From NCBI GenBank assembly GCA_027037705.1, contig JALVYZ010000237.1, positions 1 to 35,277 on the forward strand: a stretch of 35,277 bases of DNA. The letters are read 5' to 3'. The position numbers and the translations under genes are program-made. This document shows positions 8,428 to 15,601 of the stretch, one piece after another (the first letter of the stretch is position 1; every line of letters starts with the position of its first letter). A model generated the notes under the pieces. The model saw only the letters and a program-made list of their open reading frames with translations, was not told the DNA's origin and made no database searches. The stretch is from a bacterium. Its GTDB lineage: Bacteria; DYJV01; JALVYZ01.

Positions 8428-9861
8428 CTATATTATCTTTATCTTTATATTGTCTGTGTTTTCTGCGAGGCCTATGGCGAAGGGGTAGACTGTTTGTGAG
8501 GCTCCCTGTAGCAGGGCGCAGACTTGCTCTCCTCTGTTCTCCGGGGCTCTATTGATGTGTTCTGCGACTTGTTTCCCCATGTACTCGTTTAGGTAGGGGT
8601 CGCTGTGTGTTAGGGGGAATATGTAGTAGTTCTTGCCCCTGTTCTTATTCTTTTTATTCATTATATCTACTGTGTTCTGGAGGTTTAGGAGCGTGTACGG
8701 CGTCCAAGCGATGTATAGTGGTTTTTCTCCGCCCAGTATCCTCCAGAGTAGCTCAACCACGTAGCCCGATGACTGACCCGTGAGCGTTATTACGGGGATG
8801 CATTTGTCCTCAACTATGTCGCCTAGTCCCTGTACGATGATGCTTAGTCTCCCGATAAGGGGCTCAGTCCTAATATCCTGTACTTGGAAATCCCTTACTC
8901 CGAGGAAATCGAGTACTTGTTTGTATATTGTCTTCTCGATTTCTAGTAGCTTGTTCTTAAGTTCTTCTAGCGAGTGCGTGGTCTTCTTTAGTACCTTTAG
9001 TACTTCCTTGGGGTTCCCGCCTCTATCTATTAGTGGTATTTCTTCTAGTATTTCTGAGAGATGCGAATACATCGATGTCATAGAATACATGTGCTCTAGG
9101 TATTTTGCTGCATCTAGATTCTCAGGCTGGATATCAGTAGGCGCTTCATCTCTTTTATCGAGTAGTTGTCTGATAGGGTCCGCGGCTATGCTGTGTAGTA
9201 GCTCGCCGCCTAGTGTCCCTCCCCACTTATAATGGAGTATGTTCACTAGGTAGTAGGTGACAAGGTCTATGAATAGGGCCATAATGCCCTTGGCGGCGGC
9301 ATCTACACTTACTTCTCCTAACATGTAGCCAGCTACTAGGTTCTGAGCAGCTGCTGCGTGGAGCTCGAAGCCTTGCCGGGTTAGGCCGGAGAGCAGGGCT
9401 GTTGCGAGAAGGGCTGCTGGGGGATCGCCGCCTAGCTCACTGGTACAGGTCTCCAGGGCAGCGCTGATACTCTTTCTGCGTATAGCTGCTAGGTTCTTCT
9501 GCACAGATAGGTGAGCCATAGCCATGTATCGCGGGTCATAAATTATATCGAGGGGTTTAGAGATAATATTCGCTATCACCGTGTCGCTAGGCAACGGTGA
9601 GAGAGGATAAGCCCGAAGATATAGTAAGGCCCTATTAAGAGCTATGGCGCCGGAGCCCTTTTCCCTGTGGCCTAGCCTTAGGCCGAGTAGCCTAGCAATC
9701 CTCGAGCCAAGGGCGATATGACCAATGTAGATAGCATCATCACTGCTATCCTTGTATCCTAGGTTATACCTCGTATAGCTGAGATACTTTAACAAGTACC
9801 CGAAGAAGTTTCCTCCACTACTGGGCTTGATTTCCAGGAGAAGCTGCTCCAACGCGACCAC
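8428..9861 (-). CDS. Hypothetical protein A (477 aa): helical N-terminal two-thirds, Rossmann/CARF-like C-terminal third
   Basis: Long ORF with a GGAGG 13 nt after the stop of the upstream gene. The antisense ORF is Ser-rich junk. The C-terminus has a beta-alpha pattern (VITLTGQSSG ... YYIFPLT ... VCALLQGASQTV) and an internal TRQGFELH (Rx5H). No confident family was assigned. Confidence 0.7.
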   Translation of the reverse strand: MVALEQLLLEIKPSSGGNFFGYLLKYLSYTRYNLGYKDSSDDAIYIGHIALGSRIARLLGLRLGHREKGSGAIALNRALLYLRAYPLSPLPSDTVIANIISKPLDIIYDPRYMAMAHLSVQKNLAAIRRKSISAALETCTSELGGDPPAALLATALLSGLTRQGFELHAAAAQNLVAGYMLGEVSVDAAAKGIMALFIDLVTYYLVNILHYKWGGTLGGELLHSIAADPIRQLLDKRDEAPTDIQPENLDAAKYLEHMYSMTSMYSHLSEILEEIPLIDRGGNPKEVLKVLKKTTHSLEELKNKLLEIEKTIYKQVLDFLGVRDFQVQDIRTEPLIGRLSIIVQGLGDIVEDKCIPVITLTGQSSGYVVELLWRILGGEKPLYIAWTPYTLLNLQNTVDIMNKKNKNRGKNYYIFPLTHSDPYLNEYMGKQVAEHINRAPENRGEQVCALLQGASQTVYPFAIGLAENTDNIKIKII

Positions 9862-9874
9862 ACCTCCCGGTTTA

Positions 9875-11197
9875 TTATTTACAGGAAGCGATTCTTCGCA
9901 AGGCGTCGCTGTCGCGGCCTAGACACCTAATGTACAAATGGTACGAGGTGTCCTGGGGTACTCTGAGCCGTCCTTCCTCGTCAACTACCTTTTTTACGTA
10001 GTTAGACGCCTTCATTGACTCAAACATCTTTCCTATATTGTTATTTTTAGTGTTTTTGTTGCTCGTTCTACTTAGTGCTATGAGGGTCTCGGGTATAAGT
10101 ACGAAGCATATATGCTCTATCCCCTGTATCCTCGTCAGGGTGCATATAATATTGTTTAGGAGTTGCTTGGAGTAGTCGTAGAGGGGTAGGAGATACACTG
10201 TCCTCGGCTTATAACCTGCTATAAGATCTCCTAGCTTGTCTTCCCTGTACTCTGAATCGATATTGGCAATGCATGCCTCCATATGGTGTCTATTTCTTAG
10301 CTCGGACTCTATTGTCTCCGATGACTCTTTTATGAGCTCGTTAGAGGCTATGAGTATCCTTAATACTCTTAGTGCTTTCGCCAGCCTAGCCGCCACGTCT
10401 ACTGCTTTGTGTATGGGTTTTTCCTCCGCAGATTTTTCCTCTGTGGATGACTGAGCAGCGGCTCTACGGTACTGTGGCAAAACCACTAGCACTCCTTCAT
10501 CAGCCTTGCTGATTTGCTTGGCCTCCTCGACAGCGTCTTGGATGAAATCGCTGGGTATGCACTCGTGGAGCCTGAGAGGATCCTTGCATGCCTTGTCGCC
10601 TTGGCCTCCTCGTTGACCAGACCGGAGTATCTCGGCTAAGTCACTCATAGCGCGCTCAGAGAGCTCGCTATTACTGAATAACAGCATGTAGTGTAGCGCG
10701 TTGACTAGCTCCGGGCAGCACTTGGCTTCCTCGAAGAACTGGTTTACGAGGGCTTTTTCCAGCCCCCCCTGCCCACTACTGTTTTCTTGTAGGCAGCACT
10801 TAAGGAGCTGCTCGAAGGAGTCGGCTGGCAGCCTTACCGGGGTTCCTAGGGGCAGCTGCTTATTGAAAGCATCTCTGTGCTCACTCTTGAGCATGTAGAC
10901 CGGGCTAAGCCCTAGGTCGGGGTCGCGTGCCGCAACCTTCCGTGTCTCATTAGCTCCGCTGACCTCTTCTACTAGCAAGTAGGTGTGAAATCCGTTCCCG
11001 CAGTCAAGCTCTACTATTAGGTCTATTTCGCGTAGTGCCTCGCTGAGAATATAGGCGAGCTGGGGAGGAAAGACGTTCACAGATGGTGCGCAGTAGGTTA
11101 CTTTGTACCCCAGTATAGTGCAGTCACTATTCGAGGTAGACAACGCTCTGCAGCCTCTCTTCCTATACCCCTGGTCAAAAATATAAATACTTTCCAC
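9875..11197 (-). CDS. Hypothetical protein B (up to 440 aa)
   Basis: Long ORF co-oriented with protein A, 13 nt apart. The GTG at 11197 is doubtful because a TATA-like gtatttatattttt (11177-11190) lies inside its first codons. An in-frame TTG at 11143 is a plausible real start. No family was recognised. Confidence 0.65.
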   Translation of the reverse strand: MESIYIFDQGYRKRGCRALSTSNSDCTILGYKVTYCAPSVNVFPPQLAYILSEALREIDLIVELDCGNGFHTYLLVEEVSGANETRKVAARDPDLGLSPVYMLKSEHRDAFNKQLPLGTPVRLPADSFEQLLKCCLQENSSGQGGLEKALVNQFFEEAKCCPELVNALHYMLLFSNSELSERAMSDLAEILRSGQRGGQGDKACKDPLRLHECIPSDFIQDAVEEAKQISKADEGVLVVLPQYRRAAAQSSTEEKSAEEKPIHKAVDVAARLAKALRVLRILIASNELIKESSETIESELRNRHHMEACIANIDSEYREDKLGDLIAGYKPRTVYLLPLYDYSKQLLNNIICTLTRIQGIEHICFVLIPETLIALSRTSNKNTKNNNIGKMFESMKASNYVKKVVDEEGRLRVPQDTSYHLYIRCLGRDSDALRRIASCK

Positions 11198-11227
11198 TCT
11201 CTTCTAGATACCTTTCTCGGTGCAGGT

Positions 11228-11656
11228 GTGAGCGAAGTGCCAAAGGCAATAGTTATTGGAAGGCATAGGATGATGCCAGCCCAGGTAGAGGAGCTCCGAG
11301 AGAAAGGCATAGACGCGATCGAGCAGGTAGCGAAGATAGAAGAGGACGAAATACCGCAGCTCGTGGAGACGTGGGCCAGGAACGATGTGAGATACGTAGT
11401 TATCCAGGCACTACCACTAGCACTCCTATACAAGCTGTTCCGGGAGGCAAGGAAAGCAGGCATAGATCTAATAATAGCTTGGATGGATACAGTCGCGGTA
11501 ACAGAGGACGAGGAAGAAGCAAGGAAACTAGTCCAGGAAAAACCTGATAGGAGAACTTACCTCAAAGCACCAGGCGACAAAGCCATAAGAGTCATCGAGC
11601 ACAGGAAATGGATGAAGATAAAAAGGCTAGAAGTAGAGCTAGAACCCCTACAATAG
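11228..11656 (+). CDS. Hypothetical protein C (142 aa), small alpha/beta protein
   Basis: E/K/R-rich, coding-like composition, whereas the antisense ORF 11098..11463 is Ser-rich junk. Divergent from B and convergent with D (5-nt gap). aaaatataaatac at 11177-11190 lies about 40 nt upstream. Confidence 0.6.
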   Translation: MSEVPKAIVIGRHRMMPAQVEELREKGIDAIEQVAKIEEDEIPQLVETWARNDVRYVVIQALPLALLYKLFREARKAGIDLIIAWMDTVAVTEDEEEARKLVQEKPDRRTYLKAPGDKAIRVIEHRKWMKIKRLEVELEPLQ

Positions 11657-11661
11657 GACAA

Positions 11662-12363
11662 CTAATCATCGGCAAAAACAACGCAAACCGGGCCAACATC
11701 GCTGCCTAGCTCGATATACTTAACCCCACCATTCTCTTCCATTATGCTGCTACACAGCGAGCCCTCCCTATCACAGAAAAGGGCTACACTGATACCAGCA
11801 CGGAGCCTCCCATACATGTTTCTGAGCCCATCCACTATACACTCTATAGCGCTGATAACTCGTTGGCACTTGTCGCTATGCCTAGCTCCCCTATAGCACC
11901 GCTGAACCATGTTGACGAGATCCCTGCACTTGATACGAGGGTTAAACAAGCAAATAGTATTCTCCTTTATAACGAATTCCCCTAGCAGGGACACTACTCT
12001 TCCAATGAACCCTAGTTCATCCGGATAAGTTTTGCATATATATTGGACTCTCTCGAGACAGCGAGCCGCCAGCTTAGCGGACGAAGCAGCTTCTCCAAGA
12101 TTAGGGAAAATTATTGCAGCACCATAGCCTCTAGGAGACCCTGCAGTATATGCCTGGGTCACTTTTACCAGTTTCCATAAACCTTTTGACCAGTCTTTGC
12201 CGCTGAATATTTTGTTAAGTGATTCGCAGGCTTCACGAGCATAGTTCTTATCAATCCTGCAGTCCTGTGCTGAGGGGTCGCTGTGCTTGTTGCACAGGTT
12301 AAACACATCTAGGTCAATGATGTAGACGTAGTTCTCGGTAATGTCTCTATTGGGGTTGGTCAA
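11662..12363 (-). CDS. Hypothetical Cys-rich protein D (233 aa), last gene of a three-gene overlapping operon
   Basis: Start overlaps the ATPase gene by 17 nt. It has 13 Cys. N-terminal YVYIIDLDVFNLCNKH and downstream VKVTQAYTAGSPRGYGAAIIF weakly resemble a palm/cyclase fold (see findings). Confidence 0.65.
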   Translation of the reverse strand: MTNPNRDITENYVYIIDLDVFNLCNKHSDPSAQDCRIDKNYAREACESLNKIFSGKDWSKGLWKLVKVTQAYTAGSPRGYGAAIIFPNLGEAASSAKLAARCLERVQYICKTYPDELGFIGRVVSLLGEFVIKENTICLFNPRIKCRDLVNMVQRCYRGARHSDKCQRVISAIECIVDGLRNMYGRLRAGISVALFCDREGSLCSSIMEENGGVKYIELGSDVGPVCVVFADD

Positions 12364-13531
12364 AGCTCTTTTCCTCCGAGGAATGCTGCGAGAGGGCTAG
12401 TGCCTCGGCGAGAGCAAAGGCGGCATAGGGCCTCTGCTCGTAGCGGAAGGCCCTCTTTGCGCGGCTGAAGCGAGCGTAGTACACTGTAGCGTTGAAGCGG
12501 GATGCACCGCTAACAATGTAGGGCGAATGGGTAGTTAGGACAACCTTAACTTCCTTCCCGTTGCCTTGTAGTAGCCTTATGTATCTGCCAAGGATATATG
12601 CGAATAGGAATTGTTGCGGGGGAGAAAATGCTTCCTCGGGCTCCTCTATAACCGCGACTATTGTATTCTCCCTCTGCGCGAAGACATAGGGCAGAATGCC
12701 TAGCAGCAAGTAGGACGCCACCGACGAGGAAACCACGTCCGGGGGCACCGTGGCTGTAAGCCTATTGTCTTGTACTAGGAGAGCTAGGCTCCCGAGATCT
12801 ATTGATAGCGCGGGTTTTCCTACGTGGCCCGTATCCGATATGGTTACGTCGACGCTTAGGGGGATAAGGTCCTCTGCGGATATTTTCTCATCAATGTCTC
12901 CCAGTAGCTCGTTAAGTGCGTCCACTGCTCTTTCGATGCTCTCTTCTTGGGCATCTAAGAGCTTCTTCAGTAGCCATGGGTTGGCCCTAGCCTTGTATAT
13001 TAGTGCCTCGGCTAGTAGTGGGTGCATGAAGCCCCGGAGAACATTACCATGGTTCTTGATGTGTTGCTGCAGGTCTTTGCAAAGCTCTTTGAGTTCCTGC
13101 ATCCTGTTTGATTCTTCCTCGGGTATGTACACGGATAAGGAGTCAATCATATTACACAACGTGCCGACATCTTGCTCTATTCCCTCAATGCTCTCACTGA
13201 TGCTTTTCTCGAGGACAAGGCTCTGGCGCAGCACTATGCGGTAATCAGGCGCCATATATGCTACAATATCGCTTCCCAAATCCCCCCTAATTTCCCCGCC
13301 CGCGTAGCATAGGTTGCCGCGCGATGCATGTAGGCATACAGAGGCATTGTCTTTCCGCCATAGTCTATCGAGTTCGTTTACATCCCGGCTGGCAAGAGCA
13401 TATATTGTTCTAGCTATTATAGACTTACCTGTGGAGTTGAAGCCAGCAATCACTGTATAATCGTCCACCTCTAGTTTGAAGTCATCGCCGAAAAGCTTAG
13501 AGCCCGTTACTTCAAGCAACCATTTACCCAT
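12347..13531 (-). CDS. ABC-type (AAA_21/AAA_15-like, SMC/RecF-class) ATPase, protein E
   Basis: 394 aa. Walker A is AGFNSTGKS (aa 29-37), with a helical insert after it. It has a signature-like VSSSVASY, Walker B VAVIEEPEEAF and an H-loop VLTTHSPYI. Confidence 0.8.
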   Translation of the reverse strand: MGKWLLEVTGSKLFGDDFKLEVDDYTVIAGFNSTGKSIIARTIYALASRDVNELDRLWRKDNASVCLHASRGNLCYAGGEIRGDLGSDIVAYMAPDYRIVLRQSLVLEKSISESIEGIEQDVGTLCNMIDSLSVYIPEEESNRMQELKELCKDLQQHIKNHGNVLRGFMHPLLAEALIYKARANPWLLKKLLDAQEESIERAVDALNELLGDIDEKISAEDLIPLSVDVTISDTGHVGKPALSIDLGSLALLVQDNRLTATVPPDVVSSSVASYLLLGILPYVFAQRENTIVAVIEEPEEAFSPPQQFLFAYILGRYIRLLQGNGKEVKVVLTTHSPYIVSGASRFNATVYYARFSRAKRAFRYEQRPYAAFALAEALALSQHSSEEKSFDQPQ

Positions 13532-14028
13532 ACTCCTCTTCCTCGGGGAAACCAGGGAATAACTAGCGGGGAAAGAATAAATACATCTCCAAGGAGTCCC
13601 TCGTTGAGAAAGATGCTGTGTACAATCTGGTGAAGCATCATATCCCTCGCTAGCTCTATCGATGCAGTAAAGCAGCCCCTTCTACGCTTTACCGAGAACC
13701 TCCTACCACCCTCTAGCACACCGTATGCCCTGGTACAGAGGACTAGGCTACTGCACCCAAGCACTATACTCCTCACGCTGGTCTCTGGGCAACGTGAAGG
13801 CTCCGTAAAGACTATCAAGCCTAGTTCTCTACTAGGGCCACACACCCACGTGCTAGGCATGAGAGGAGAGACCCCGGCCTCGATAAGCCTCAGTACAAGC
13901 TCTACGAGGCTCTCTAATCTACTGCATCCAAGTATTGTGAGCCCCCGCTTTACCTCTATGCTGCACTCTGCGAGATGTCTCCCTATGGCTTTGGGCTCTT
14001 CTACGCGGCCGTATACGAGTAGGGGCAC
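13507..14028 (-). CDS. Hypothetical protein F (173 aa), first gene of the F-E-D operon
   Basis: GTG start. The 3' end overlaps the ATPase start by 25 nt. No motif was recognised. Confidence 0.5.
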   Translation of the reverse strand: MPLLVYGRVEEPKAIGRHLAECSIEVKRGLTILGCSRLESLVELVLRLIEAGVSPLMPSTWVCGPSRELGLIVFTEPSRCPETSVRSIVLGCSSLVLCTRAYGVLEGGRRFSVKRRRGCFTASIELARDMMLHQIVHSIFLNEGLLGDVFILSPLVIPWFPRGRGVWVNGCLK

Positions 14029-14130
14029 CGAGTCCTTGTTCTCTATTCCTATCCCCGCTATCTTGGCCCCTATTATAGACCACCATGAAGTATAAATATT
14101 TATACTCTGGATAAAGACTATAAAGTAGCG
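14029..14130. promoter_or_regulatory. Divergent promoter region with palindromic TATA element
   Basis: A perfect 16-bp palindrome gtataaatatttatac lies at 14090-14105, between the divergent F-E-D operon (start 14028) and the type III operon (GTG 14131, about 30 nt downstream, consistent with a leaderless mRNA). A second box, ctataaag, is at 14118-14125. Confidence 0.55.
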
Positions 14131-14586
14131 GTGCCTCCGTCCTTGGCCTCAACTACTAGAGCCATAGATTATTACTCGGCGCGGTCCTGCAGGAGCCTCT
14201 GGCTCGATAGAACTGTACAGTACCTTAGCAGTAGTAATGTCAATGAGGTTAATCTGGTTGAGTACGTTCTAAGGGGGCGGTTAACCAATATAGCTAGCTC
14301 GCCCTCAGCTGCCCGCAGGATACATGAGGCTGCTATTAGTATTCTTGACCGTATCGCGCAGGGGAGGTATGGCAGCGAGATATTCGCTGAGCTCGCTGGT
14401 CTCGAGGTCTTTGCCCGTTACCAGGCCGAGCGCAAGCAAATCGATAAATGCCTAGCCGACATCGTCGCTGATGTTGTAAGAATGCTTGCCGAGCTAATAC
14501 GCAGCGGCGATCCTAGTGTTAAGCGTGTTGCGCGGAGGGCTCGTCTCGTCTTCGATTCCCTAATAGTGGGTGTAAGGCCGCGCTAA
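14131..14586 (+). CDS. Putative type III small subunit (Csm2/Cas11-like)
   Basis: 151 aa, predicted helical C-terminal half, first gene of the Csm-like operon. The call rests on size and position only. Confidence 0.35.
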   Translation: MPPSLASTTRAIDYYSARSCRSLWLDRTVQYLSSSNVNEVNLVEYVLRGRLTNIASSPSAARRIHEAAISILDRIAQGRYGSEIFAELAGLEVFARYQAERKQIDKCLADIVADVVRMLAELIRSGDPSVKRVARRARLVFDSLIVGVRPR

Positions 14587-14600
14587 GAATAGCAAGAGGG

Positions 14601-15593
14601 GTGTGTTGCCCCGTGAGCCAGTCTGAGTTCTTCTCTCTGAAGAGGCGTCTCCTGGGCTTCTACGAGTTCGAGCTAAGTGTTAGGGTTAGGACGGGTCTCC
14701 TTATTCGCAAGCCTAGCCAGGCCCAGCTAAGTATAGGCGGCGCCGATGTATGGCCTATGAGTATTGAGCGCTACTATGAGTGCGGCAACGAGAGGCTTGG
14801 TGTAGAGGTGCCGTATATACCTGGCTCGAGCCTGAAGGGGCGTATGAGGAGTCTCTTGGAGCAAGCTCTTGGAACGGAGTACGTCACTACTGATGGTAAG
14901 ATATTCCAGCATGTCCGTAGCATTGATGCATTCTTCCGTAGCTATGTTGATGAAGTAGAGGCGCGCCACAAGTTCATGGAGGATGTCTTGAATAGGTGCC
15001 CGGTTGACGAGGTCTTTGGCTATGCAAGCTTTAACTACTTGCAGCACCTCCGGGGCAAACTACAGCTAGAAGAGAATAGTGCCAAGAAGCTAATGGAGTA
15101 TCTTGCCCCGACACGTCTCTATGTCGAGGACCTCTACCCGGATGAGGGCTATGTGTGCAAGCTCTATAAGCGCCTTGAGCGCCAGGTTTATCTAAGTGAC
15201 TTCTTGGAGGAGAAGCCCGAGAACAGAATCGATAGGTTGACTGCTGCAGCGGATCCTCGTCTCTCTGTCCGCGTTAAGCCCGGTGTAGTGTTCAGGGGGC
15301 GTATACAGCTACTAGTCTATGATAACGACTGCGAGGCTTGTCCCAGCGAGGAGCAGCTATGCGTCGAGAGGAACCTGGGCCTCGTTATCCATGGGCTTAG
15401 GCTCGTTGAGTCCCTGGGCCTCGGTGCTGCTACTAGCCGTGGCTACGGTAGGGTCGGGATTAGTGTAGAGCGGCTAGTGTTCTACGAGGCTCCTGGTCTC
15501 GAGGGGAGAGAGCTACTAGGCAAGCCAACGCCCGTCACCGAGCTAGAGCCCAGTAGCGAGATTGTTGCAGCTGCATGCCCTAGTAAAGGGTAG
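14601..15593 (+). CDS. csm3: Csm3-like Cas7-family RAMP (type III backbone)
   Basis: 330 aa. It has VPYIPGSSLKGRMRSLLEQ, EVFG, ENRIDRLTAAADP and a G-rich loop LGLGAATSRGYGRV. A candidate catalytic Asp is in SIGGADVWP. Confidence 0.85.
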   Translation: MCCPVSQSEFFSLKRRLLGFYEFELSVRVRTGLLIRKPSQAQLSIGGADVWPMSIERYYECGNERLGVEVPYIPGSSLKGRMRSLLEQALGTEYVTTDGKIFQHVRSIDAFFRSYVDEVEARHKFMEDVLNRCPVDEVFGYASFNYLQHLRGKLQLEENSAKKLMEYLAPTRLYVEDLYPDEGYVCKLYKRLERQVYLSDFLEEKPENRIDRLTAAADPRLSVRVKPGVVFRGRIQLLVYDNDCEACPSEEQLCVERNLGLVIHGLRLVESLGLGAATSRGYGRVGISVERLVFYEAPGLEGRELLGKPTPVTELEPSSEIVAAACPSKG

Positions 15594-15601
15594 TTGAGGC
15601 C

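Noticed and set aside
13850-14152. ORFs 13850..14095 (+) and 13919..14152 (-)
   Set aside because: They overlap gene F and the A/T-rich divergent promoter, and they are short with junk-like translations.
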